Assembly (NCBI GenBank): GCA_964199315.1
Contig: OZ116699.1
Coordinates: forward strand, 12,524,001 to 12,588,000
Origin: Orbicella franksi
Lineage: Eukaryota
DNA length: 64,000 bases
Direction of reading: 5' to 3'
Shown here: in pieces, positions 22,130 through 34,000 of the stretch
Layout: each line of letters opens with the position of its first letter
Position numbering within the stretch: the first letter of the stretch is position 1
Position numbers and translations under genes: made by a program
Notes under the pieces: generated by a model
Told to the model about the DNA's origin: nothing
Databases searched by the model: none
Seen by the model: only the letters and a program-made list of their open reading frames with translations

Positions 22130-23762
22130 ATGAGTAGCAACACACTGATCGAGGTGTTTGGTCATATCCTGGTCAGTTTTACACGAGGACTGACAGAGCA
22201 CTGCAACTCAGAAGAAACTGAATTCACGGCAGAGTTTTTTGGCTACAGTCCTCTAGAAAGCACTGGCCACGAATGGTATCGTCACGGAGATCTTGATGAG
22301 GACTGCATTTATCAAGAATACAGCGACAGAGAGGTCACAACTTTAGACTTCGTAAGATCCAGCAGAATTAATGCAAGCTTTATTGACGCAGGTTTACCAG
22401 AGGAGAACGAAGAAACACAGGAAGATCAGCAAGATGAAGATAGAGCAATGGCGTGGAAGCGACTCAGACCATCCGCTCTCCGAACGGTTTGTAAATCAAT
22501 GTACATCGGAGCGCTGATTTCTTTACTAACTTCCATTATCATAGGTTCAGTATGCATGGTAATCTGCTTTGTATGCCTCAAAACTGTAAACAACTGTGAG
22601 TTCCACTTAAAGAACGACATTCCACTAAACGTCCAATGGATGAGATCAATTTCTTCTGCAATTGTTGCATTTTTCTATACACTTCGATCTTTGTATTCAA
22701 CTTATTGCTTTTTCGCCCATATCAGTTAATGGGAGTGAAAAGAAAACTGATCCCGGTTGCTTGCCTCGCATATTTCTTGGACACAACTTATCGAGTCGTT
22801 CTACAAGCCCAAGGAATATCTCATTCCAAGCTTTCTACATTGCAGAAACTTCCACTCTATGTTTTGTTTTTTATGAGTGTATGTGGGCAAGCCTGTCTTC
22901 TAACGAATCACTTCCTTCAGCAACGGACAAGGAGACAGCAGATGGCTTTGTTCTTAAAAATGAAAGTTCCTGTCTGTTCTGTTATAATTCTTGCCGATGC
23001 TGTGGTATGTATAATTTACCCACTGTATAACAAGCAAAGTAAGGAAAGTAAACTGCGCCTGGTAATCGCACTCTTTGCTCCTCTCATTGGAGTGTTATTT
23101 AAAGTAGTCTCGCGCATTTCTGTTCAGCAGCTAGGCAACATTACCCTTCCGGGATATGCGTGTGTCCTATTAGCACCATTGTATATTGTGTTTCAGGGGT
23201 TATGTTCCGAGTGTTGCAAGCAGATCTTGATAGTTTACAATCCATGGCTGTTCTTGGATTGATTCACGGCGCTGCAGAAGTCATAGAACGAAGTACCATG
23301 GTTGTCATTGATCACATTTGTCATGTAATATGCAAAAGATCGTCAGCTCCTTGGGGAAGTTTTCGTACTCCTCGCCGTGAGAGACTAATGGCTGATGTCG
23401 CTATCATGAGCATGTTATATGAATCAACAGCTATAGTGTCTGTAGATGGATTATTATTCTTGTATCAATATATGTACTTAAAAGACCGTTCCCTTTTAAA
23501 GCTGCTACAGTGTTTTGCTATCACAACTTCAGCTCAACTGGTAATCGAGTGGTTTTTCACCAGCGTTTCACTAGCGATCGAGACTCGCTATCACAATATA
23601 GCTGTCATGTCTGTTTGGCAAAGAAGACGGAAAAGACACATTTTATTGGCAGTTGTAGTTACTGTCATATTAGCAATATGGATTAGCGCAAACCTTTTAG
23701 ACATGGCATATGAGCGTTTTAAAGAGCCCTTAAATCAGCCTTGTGAAATGCCGTTTGCCTAG
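22130..23762 (+). pseudogene. Intronless multi-pass membrane protein gene with two frameshifts (about 540 aa if repaired)
   Basis: Three overlapping ORFs (22085-22729, 22636-23262, 23160-23762) join into one hydrophobic protein after adding 1 T at 22670-22674 and removing 2 nt at about 23184 (TATAT). Several TM-like segments. Family not named with confidence. Confidence 0.7.
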
Positions 23763-25620
23763 CTAAGACTAGCTAGTTTACCCAGCAGGTAGTGAACGCT
23801 TCCTGTAAGTTATCATGTATAGAGTCTACCTTGAACCGGTTTTTTGCAGAGCAGAACAATTCTGTACTTCGTACACAGTATGCATAAGCCTTGTTCTAGA
23901 ATTATGTTCTTATTTAATAGTTACTTATGAGTAGCAAATTCTTGTCTTTAGAAATACCACTTGTCTTTTTATCTCAGACAACAACCAATGCTATTGGTGA
24001 CCATTTTCTCATAGAAATCTCAGGCTCATAGTCTAATTGTTAGGTAATGTGGACTGGAGTCCGTTCATTTAATGGCAACTTTTTCTCCTCTTTTATGAAA
24101 TGTAGAAACATTACAGGATAATTCAATTTCCAAGAAGCCTAGAAAAGAAAACTGGCCTTTTGTTACTTTAAAAACCTCAAAATTGTTTAATAAACTGATG
24201 AGCGCGAGTAAACACGGCTGCAAGTTTAATTCAAACGACACTTCAATCCGCACGTGACTTTGCAAAAGGGTGAAATTTAGTAACATATTCAATTAGAAAA
24301 ATATTTGAAAATTTTCAATTGAAGGAAATTTAGTCAGAATTGTTCCAACTCAATTAGATTAATCGCTGTCCATGATATTTGATTCGGCTCAGCTATTACC
24401 TCATAGAAATCTCACTTACGTTCTAATTCACTACGTTCAAACGAACGTAAATTATTTTCGCCTTGAACACCCAGTAAGGCACATAAAGCAGCAACAAGAA
24501 TATGATTGGACTTTCCCAGGTAAATCGATGATGTCTTAAATTAAGTAAAGGAATAACGAAAAAAGAAAATGATAAAACAAACTGGTGTTATTTTAGCTCC
24601 GAATATGCAAAAAGTAAATAAAACAACAAACTAGGAAAGGTGCAAATGACTGCAATGAGTGAAGGCTAGCAACTTTAATCTTTTAATAGCGATGTCGGGA
24701 GGGAATGCACAAGCTACATATCCTTACTAATCCATTCCTGCCAGTTGTTCGCCATCAGTTAAATCACCTGACGGTCCCTTATTTTTTCGGGGTAGTATGG
24801 GCTACCCACGGGAATTTGTTCTTGAGGTCTGTCCCCTGGGTAGGGATTTCAATCGTCCACGAAATCCTCAGGATAAGGATTATGACACTGTCGGCATCTT
24901 GAAGGACCAAGAGAATCTGGTAACGAACCATCTGCCATCTTGTAAATATCCAGAAGTCAGTGGGAGTTAGTAAGGTCTTTGTCCGGTACCCGATGGAAAT
25001 TATGTCAGATGAAAGTCAAAGAAGAATCTATTTTTGCATCCTTTCATGCAGGCCATGCATACTTTCACTCTATACTTGGTGCATATTGAAAGGAAAGAGC
25101 TTTGGCCTCGTCTATTTTCAGTGTCGATAATTTTCTGCATGCTTGAATATGCATGAGTTTTTTTGCCCCAGGGTGGAGAATGTTGATACTTTTTACCAAT
25201 CACTTTGTCCCATGTTGTTAAAATCCCCACCCCTTGTCCCCACCCACCTCAGGCTTGACATTGATGGGTGCACAAGTTTCTGATTTCTTTATTCAATTCA
25301 TTACGTCAAAGATATTCGTATGTACGTATGGGTTAACAGGTTGCCGTAAAGTTACGTGACGCAATTGGCCGGAAAAGATGGAAAAAGATGGGAGACCGGT
25401 TAGTTGAATGGATTGTTCTTTATCCAACACTCTCTCGACACTCCCTCTCACATACCCGACTCCATACCAAGCAAAATATCTTTTCACATTCCGAGCTGAT
25501 ACCAGTTTATTTTTATTTATTTATTCATTTATTTCATTGTTTTTTAATTATTTATCTTTTCTTGGTTATTTCTTCATTTAATTTTAAATATTTGTCTCAT
25601 AATTGTTATAATTTTTTTGA

Positions 25621-25777
25621 GAAGGTGAATAATCAACATGACACGAGCGTGGGACAAAGAAAAATTCTAAGTCCCCGACAGGAATCGAACCTATGACCTC
25701 CCGGATACCGGGCGGGTGCTCTATCCACTGAGCTACGAGAACTCATGGAAAGCAGGGTCATTTAACTGAGTTCATAT
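25621..25777 (-). mobile_element. tRNA-derived SINE or pseudo-tRNA, second family
   Basis: The minus strand has an A box (TAGCTCAGTGG), a B box (GGTTCGATTCC) and a cloverleaf with a broken anticodon arm. It also has a ~35-nt 5' extension and a non-tRNA 3' tail (AGAATTTTTCTTTGTCCCACGCTCGTGTCATG). Confidence 0.75.
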
Positions 25778-25894
25778 ATTTGGTGTTCCGGAATGTTCCC
25801 TGTTCCGGTTTTTACCGACGGCCTCAGAAGTAAAACAACGCTCGCACACGTTTCCCCGCACTTCGCGTCTGCTACGAGTTCACTTATCTGTATC

Positions 25895-26463
25895 TAGGGC
25901 TTGCCACAAGTTGCTCGAGATTTCCCAAAAGGTTGCCCGAAACTTCTCAAAAAGTTGCTCAAAAGTTGCTCCAAAAAAGGTCAAAAGTTGCTTTTTGTAA
26001 CGAAAGTTGCTCAAAAGTTGCTAAAAAAGCAAAAACTTGTTTTTTGTTTCTCTCTTCATTTATTTGGTCTGATGCAAAATATGCAATCTGTACAACAAAA
26101 GTAACATGTCTAAGCATTTTTGTGCAATTTTGCGTTGTAACCAGCGTCGCTAAATAAATTTGTTCACAACACGTATGAGTAAATACTACGCATCAATATC
26201 AAAATTTGTTTTTAATTTTTTTTTTAAAAAAATTTTAAAAAAATTGTACAAAAATTTTAAAAGAAATTTAAAAAACTTAAAGAAATTCACAAATTGTTTA
26301 CTGGAACATTGTAAAATGTGGAAATATGGCCAATTAAAGTAATAAAAGCTGCTCCGATATCTAGAAAACTAGAAATTGCTCAGAAAGTTACTCGAAACGA
26401 AAAAAGTTGCTCGAAATACGAAAACTTGCCAAAGAGTTGCCGAGCAACTTGTGGTAAGCCCTA
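25895..26463. mobile_element. hAT-family MITE, 569 bp
   Basis: 23-bp TIRs (TAGGGCTT[G/A]CCACAAGTTGCTCG, 1 mismatch), an exact 8-bp TSD TCTGTATC (25887-25894, 26464-26471) and many subterminal AAGTTGCT motifs. Confidence 0.93.
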
Positions 26464-26895
26464 TCTGTATCCTCTGTGGTTGACCTGAGTGATTACTTTG
26501 GTTTTGGATTTACGACACTCATCACAAGGGCGATCTTTGCTGACGTCATTGTTTGCATTTTGCCTCATTATCGTAAACTCCCGCTTATAACCCCCCCCCC
26601 CCCCACTCCCCTTCCGGTTATAGGCCCATCTACTTATAAAGCAAAAAAAAAAAAAAAAAAATGGTTATAAGCTCCCCGGATATAAGCCCCGCTTTAGTTT
26701 TGTATTCATTTTATCATGATGTTTTAACGCTTGATTTCCAGTAAATGAAACCCATTTCGATTAACATGTGCAGCTATAGCTCTTTTCGAAACCGTCAGTT
26801 TTTTTATTCTGGTTGTAGGCCCCCACGGATATAAACCCCTCCGTCTATAAGCCCATCTAAAAGTCCATACGAAGTTTTCTAAGCTTGTGCGGCCG

Positions 26896-27125
26896 GGACC
26901 GTTTCTCGAAGGTCTCGACAAGTTTTCGCATCCGGAAAGTCATAGCAAAATCTCGAGCCTTGTGATTACAGAGCTATTTTATTCACTTATTCTTAATATG
27001 AACAGAGGTTCCCTTCATACAAGAAGTTTCAGGCGTATACACTTCTCCGTTTTTAGATACAGATGAACTAAAACTGGCTTTACGAGCCTGAAAAGTTTCC
27101 GGGACTTTCGAGAAACGGGCCCCTG
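26896..27125. mobile_element. MITE with GG(C/A)CCGTTTCTCGAA termini (PIF/Harbinger-like)
   Basis: Inverted termini GGACCGTTTCTCGAAGGTCTCG and CGGGACTTTCGAGAAACGGGCCCC. The same element occurs in opposite orientation at 35633-35863. Confidence 0.75.
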
Positions 27126-27430
27126 TAGGGCTTAAAAGCGGTAGTTTACGGTATACCCCAGCATACGGCTTTGCATGGAGAACTGAGTCATCCCAAGAAC
27201 TATGTTTTTAGAGGTGTAAATGGAATGATGAAAATATTGACTTTCAAAATCTGCAAAATTTCTGAGCGGCAAAAGGGCTAAGAAACCCATACATTCATTG
27301 AATTAAAATTTTAGGTTTTTTAAAAGTACGCATGTCACATGAAGTATGTAATACATCGGGCTCAACTTCGTTGGGACAGCTGATCGTTGTCTACATTTTC
27401 ATTATATTCAGAACCTCCATCAGAACTTAA

Positions 27431-27812
27431 AGGGGCTAGGTCACGCTATTTTAGATAATTTTGTTTAATTTTGTCAGTTACGAGCTCTATACGTCAAATT
27501 GGCAGAGCAAAAGTCTTTCATTTGCAAAATCATGGCCACATAACAACCGAGAATGATTTTCCAGCTGTGTAAATGACATTTTGATCTAAACTGGTATAAA
27601 TTTGAAAAAAGGTGGGCCGACGTTTTTGAAATTTACCCAAATGCAATCCATTTCAATCCTCTCCAGTTTTGTCCATCCATGTCCCTTCTTGGCTTTCCTG
27701 CGTTTTGTTTGAGATCTTCTACAGTTTTGAGCCGTTTTTGTGATATTTTAGTTAATTCTGTGACCATTTGATTAGTGTTGAAATTGCCTAAAATTGCGTG
27801 ACTAACCTGCTC
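27431..27812. mobile_element. Degenerate TTAA-flanked MITE (Kolobok/piggyBac-like)
   Basis: TTAA|AGGGGCTAGGTCACGCTATTTTAGATAATTT and inverted AAATTGCCTAAAATTGCGTGACTAACCTGCT. The right-hand TTAA is missing. Confidence 0.5.
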
Positions 27813-28039
27813 GTGAATGCTAATGAGGCAAAACAAAGTACTCTTCCGAGCCCTCAAGAGCTGTGACATTCGGTGTAGCATACATGACAAAAAATAACTC
27901 AGTCGCCCGTTCGAACCGCTGGTCGATGTTCGATTGAAAACTGTTGAATACTTGACTTCTAGATTGTCTTGTAGCTGCGCTCTTGAATACACATGTAAAA
28001 TGAATTCTTGCTCGAGTCACAGCCATTGCAATCCTTACA

Positions 28040-31000
28040 ATGCAACCAGAAGTCGTCTTTTTCTATGGTCCTCCTTTTTCGGTGAGTGATCATGCTTTGG
28101 AGAAGATAAACAATGTATATATTTTTTTAAATACTTAAGCTTATCGTTTTTATGCCTCTTCAAGGGAAAGGATTTGTTCTATTGTTATCACTTTTCTCAC
28201 ACACACGAGAAGATTCATCCAGGAGAACTGTTTGAAACTGATCCCAGCCTGAGCCTCAGAGCAGTGATCCTGAAGATTGTGAATGTTCTCAATAAGGTAA
28301 TCATGATTGGAACCTCTTGGGACATTTTACATGTATACCATCTCCTTTGCCCTGGCCTCACGAAATTTAGGAGACTAATGACAATCTAAGTTTTGAAGAA
28401 GGGGATAAAAGGTTCAGTCTTGACCTGACATTAAAACAACATGACATTATTCCGGGAGGGTGGTGCAGATCTCTCAACCTCAAAACACCAAAAATCTGGA
28501 GACTGATGTAAAAAAATCTGGAGATTTCAGTAAAAATCTGGAGATTGATCGACCGACAGACGAAACTAAGTAAACACAGGTTCTAATTAAGAGAAAGTGT
28601 TTTGTTTTTGTCAAAATGTGAGAGACTGGTAATGATGACCTAATTTGGAACAGATGTTCTATATATGGTCATGGACAACAGTCTGTCATGGACATGTGTT
28701 TCCAGTGAACAGACGGATGAAGAACTAAACAGTTTTGTTAAGTTCAACTATGGATTTGTACAGAATTGGCACAAGGAACTCACCTAAGCAAGCCAAAACT
28801 GAAATTATACAAAAAAATTTATCCTTTCAGCTTACACCTCTATTTATCGTGAAATTTGTCTGTCTCAGTGTGAGACTGTGAGATTGAACTGAAAACTGTG
28901 AGTCTCACGACAAAGTCATGAGACTTGAGAGGTCTGAGTGACTGGTGGGTGGACTCCTACATAAAATGGATGGGGGTGCATGTCACACCTTTTAGGAGTC
29001 AAACAGGGGTTTTGGTACTACTAAGGGTGTTCAGCCTTAAAAGGTTCACAGCAGGAGCTTTTGCGGTGAGGCAAAAAAAGTCAATGTCAGTTAATGTGTA
29101 GTTTGAGAATTGGTACCTCTTAGAGGTGAAAGCAATTCAAGCCATGCCCACAAAACATTATCTTGGTTCTGTTTAGGGGTTCTTTTCAAAATTTCTGACG
29201 AGCACCCCCGTCCTTATTTATAGGAGTTCTCCCTGATAAGATCGAGTGTAACTCTGCATACCTATTCTAGCAAGTGAAATGCAAGCTATGTTACAATGAA
29301 CATCTGTTTTTTACTCTGATGAAGGCAGACAGTTGCCACCAAAAATTCAGTGAACAAAATACCTGCAGATCAGATATATTTAAGTCAAATAATACAAGTG
29401 TATGTCAAGTGTAATTCAGTGGAGAAACTTATTAATGATAGTGAAGATATCAGTCACATCACCTATTGTTATTAAATTATGTGCCAAACAGAGATCTATT
29501 AGGCGGTGAAACAAAGAGTTTTTTCCTTAATTAAAGAGAGAACTCTTTGTCTCACCACCTAATGGTACTCTTTAAATAAAAAAAAAAATTTTGTAACAGT
29601 TACACATATCTTCCCTATAAAACTCTCACAACTATTAAAAGAAAAAATATTCCAGAGGATCAGGAAAATAGAGTAGAAACATACAGTCAAGTAACAAGCA
29701 TTACCATTAAATCCAAAATTATGTTATTCATGATAATGATGGTAGTTCTTAAATATATATATGAGAAATACTTAGTATAGTTAAGTATCCATGTAGCTCC
29801 TGTGCGGCAAAATGATACAAAGTCCCCATGGTTACATTCCCTCCCTCCCTTGATCCATCCATCTTTCCCTTCCTCTCTCTTTTTCCTCCATGTATTGTAC
29901 ATGTTAGTTGCTGAATAAATTGATCATCATTATCTTATAACCTTTTTTAAATGAAGTGGTCTTCCTGTTCTTTCTGTAGAGAAGGCTACATTTTCATTCA
30001 CTTTCTCTGAGTGTGATCCACTTTGGTGTGGGAATAGTATTATATGCAAGCTTGTTTCAGAGTTTCTTAAGTTATGATTAAGTTCAATATCCCAGTCAAC
30101 CTTGGCTTATTGTCACCTCTTTGCACTAACCAGGATTTCTCATCCTGACCACGCACCAGTTCCCTAGGTACAGTGTATCTTATTACCGTTGGATTGGTAC
30201 ATGTATGTATTGCATATAGCTTAGTATTTGAACTGATCTCTTGTCTCGTAAAATTTAGGGTCAAAGTGTGGTTGTGGATGATGATAATACTAGCAAGAAA
30301 ACCAGGAAGTCATACTTGACTGTTCTTAGGAATAAGGTATTGTTTCTTATAATTTGCTGAAGATAGTTGGCATTTTAATCTGCCGCTTGATATGCCTTTG
30401 TACCTTTCTTTCTATTACATATGATTTCCATGCATTATGTTTGAAAGCTATTGTTTCCATTTAGGTTCCACAGTGCCGATTCAGAGTAATTCATTTCCAA
30501 GCATCAGATTCTAGTGCCCAGTTAATTTGTCAGTGGGCCAGAGAATGGGAACTGGCTCATCAGTTTGAATGTTCAGGATTGAAGTCATTGAAGCTGTCTG
30601 AAAAGGTTATTGAACAATGGTTTGAGACAAGAACTGGTAAGAACATGCAGTCATGTATGTATGTAGGGGTGCAAATGTAAGTCAGAGTGGGTGGTAACTG
30701 CATCACTTCTGAGTCAAGTTAATGAAGATTTCAAATATCTTCTCAGAATTATTTCTGTGGATAGTTTGACAATGTTTAAAGCTACTACATCATCCATAGT
30801 GCAGATTAGGTTGAAGATGCTCTCAAGTATACACTTTAAATTACATTTGTAACTTATTACAGTCACAAAAGAACTTTTGCCTCGGTTGTTTTGTTGTATT
30901 CAGAACCAGTCTCTGAAGAAGAAGGGTTCAGCAAGATTGATAAGGTTGATGTTCAGTTGGTGTGTGATACACCTTACGAAGTAAGTCAAACCTTATAATA

Positions 31001-34000
31001 CATATAAGTACAGTCATACAAAAGCATAGTTGAGTTGTTTTCACATCATCTCTTTTCACATACTTGATTCTTCAAACATTCAAGAGATGTTTGAAATTTT
31101 ACACAATGTCCCATTCTGATGCTGTAGCCCTACAAAGATTTTAATGTGTCTCTGAGAACAACTGATCTATACAGATGTGTTTAGCACCACATTAATAGTA
31201 TGCAGATGTAATGGGGGAAAGGCAGCTTTTGAACAAATATTTTTTCGTAAAGTACTTTGTCTGGATTTACACATTCCAACCATAACAACCTCAAAGCAAA
31301 AAGCCGGCATTTTTTCCAGGAAAACACAGACTTTTTGATCAGTCACTCATAAGCAACCTGTCACTAGAGAACATGCACAACCATTTGCTTGTGTTTGGCA
31401 TGCTAACTGCTAGTCCCTAACTGCACAGTTACACTCACTGAGGCTTTCCTGAAAAGGAAATGTCCACTGTTTATCCTAAAAGCCTCTTTTTTACCCACCC
31501 CACCCTCCTGGGTTAAAACCGTTCATGCTAGACCTGGTACCTGCTGGTAGCTGGGGCCTTGGCATGGGGACTATGCTGGAATACAAAGTTTTTACATTAA
31601 ACCAGCTGGCTTTAAAGGCGTCAGGGGAGCCTGACCTCCAGCTGATTTGAAGTTCCAGGCAATATACCCTCACCAAAAATTACAAGACAGGAGTCCCTGC
31701 CCGGCTAAATTACCTTGACAGAGTTTTATTTATCTCTCTAAATCTAATCTCTCTTTGAATTTATTTTTTCTTTGGATGCACAGTTTACTGTCCCAGCCCT
31801 CTTTCTCCAGTGGGAAGCACTATTAGAAGATCGTGAAGATCACGTGAATATTCAGGAAAGCATGGTTGATGTTGTCAACAGGTGGAGCTGCAGTAATACA
31901 CATGGAAGAGTTATTGTACTCAAGCTGAATGAAAAACACACCTGTAAAGGTGAGGTATTATAACAGTCTTACCAAGATCTCAGGCTATACAATAAGTTTT
32001 ATGAACTTCACATTGTGTCTTAATTTGTTCAGCATATTTCTTAGCCTGCATCCCTAGAATTTAACCCAGTAAATGGTGATAATGCTGGGTATGTTATCAA
32101 ACTTATGGACTGAATATTTGAATTTGGATATTTTTGATAATTTTATGTTATTTCCTTGTATATAGCAGGGCTGTCATTAAGTTTTGAGTCAACTCTAGTC
32201 AAACATTTGTTAACAGTTGTAGTAATTATCAGTAATTGAATATTTGACAATACAATTTTATTTTCTTCAACTAACACCAGAGGAAAGTTGTGAGTGTGGG
32301 GACAAGATGAAGCAGATTATCAGTAAATTGGTGTCACAGGTAAATTTTATAACAAAAAAAGCTCAATAAGTTTCTTCATCTTTGGTGCCCTCTCCTCCTT
32401 AATTGGCACCTTCTATAACTTCTGTGTCCAGATAATAAAACATCCCCTATTTTTCCTCTTCCCTAGATGGTAAGCCATCTCACAATAATTTGTTAACTGC
32501 AAAATTAATATCTGTGAGGTAACTACGTGTTAGAGTTGCCTATTCTCTGCCATGTTGACTTTTTATTCTGGCTCTTTGATAGGCCCTGGGTGATGCCTAA
32601 TTAGAACAGAATTACAGAGCTCTTCTCAATCTAGTTCTATATATTTGATAGTTTATTTGTGATTTAAAATAACTCCCTCATAGTCTTTTTTATTTTTTAA
32701 ACTCCTTGGCTGCTAGAAATAGCGTTTCAATTACACTAGGTAAATGAAAGAAAAATGGCCTACAGAGCAGCTACAATGTGACAGGATTGACTCCTCCTTA
32801 ATAAGCTCGACTGTGCTTATGAAGCTGTCATATCTACACTGACTGATCTTATCATTTTTTGTATATTTGAGGTGACCATTCCTGTGTTCTTTGTGCACTT
32901 GTGTTCATTCATGTGGCAATTCAGCAGACCTCCCAATCCAGGAGTGTTCGCTTGTCTTCAGAGACTTCACAACATTGATTTGTTAAACAGGGTAAAGTTA
33001 ACAGTCTGCCGTTTCATGTTTTTTGTAGCATAGTTTGTGATCAAGTATCTTTTGGAATCCCATCTTGGAGAATTTGTTGACTTTCCTGGAGCCTGCTACT
33101 TTCCACAGGAGTGATACTAAAATAAGGCTTTCTCTAATCAGGGAACAAGAATCAAAAACTATTTAATACTTATAGCTTATCGTGAAGAAGTACCTAAAAC
33201 AGAAATTGTTCCACTGACTGAGTTTTGACAGACAGATTTTTTCTCAAAACGAAAGAGTGCAATGAACAAAACTAAACTTTTGTAAGTTAAGAGTGAACTG
33301 TTCTACAAGTCATGTAGTTACTCATGTGTCCTGTACATTTTGTAATTTTATACTGTTTTCACAAGTGACATGACTGACATGATCCCAAATTGATTGTATT
33401 ATGTTTCATATCTGTCTCCTCTGTAAAGCTGAGAAAAGTTAAATAAATTTTCTTGTCTTCGTGTCTCTTGCCTTTTCTTGACATTGAATAATAAAACAGT
33501 GCTGTTTGATACCGTGCAGTGAACTCTGGTTTGCATGTACGATAATACATGTAATGATAATAATAAGAACACTGTAAACGAATTGTGCATTTGGCTCGCT
33601 GTGTTTTGTTCCCTTATTCAGGCCACGTTCTATATCAATTCAAGTGACGCTCAGTCAAAGGCGGCCACCGCGGCAGGAGTGAAGAGTATCAAGGTGAAAC
33701 CATTTTTGCAAAAATGCAAAACGTGCAAGTCCATTCATGTTGTTGTTTTCTTACGTGTATTACTAATTTTCATGTATTCCACTGTCTGTGAATGGTTAAA
33801 GAAATCATGTGTTTCTTCTCCACTAGGCAATTAAACTATTCCACAATCCACAGATGGTAAGTGCAATTCGTGCTCAATAACACGCTTGTATTCACAATGA
33901 TTCCACTGGCATTTGCAAGTAAAACATATTTCCTACTGTTATCTGAAATTTCATTCGAGTTCATTCGAATCTGCCAAAGTTTTGGATCAAGAGGTCGAGG

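Noticed and set aside
25672-25745. Functional tRNA gene on the minus strand
   Set aside because: The acceptor, D and T arms fold, but the anticodon stem has a C-C mismatch and lacks U33. It is embedded in SINE-type flanks, so I called it a SINE head.
25901-26342. K/L-rich short ORFs, and a CRISPR-like look of the AAGTTGCT repeats
   Set aside because: These are subterminal repeats of the hAT MITE. The units are too short and irregular, with no spacer structure and no cas genes.
28466-28936. hAT-like MITE with CAGA[CT]CTCTCAA termini
   Set aside because: The inverted termini are only 12 bp and the flanks show no 8-bp TSD, so I did not list it as a feature.
29980-30070. Extra exon of the kinase-like gene (KATFSFTFSECDPLW...)
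   Set aside because: It has a good acceptor but no convincing phase-compatible donor. Exon 28165-28296 already joins 30259 in frame and gives the expected kinase motif spacing.
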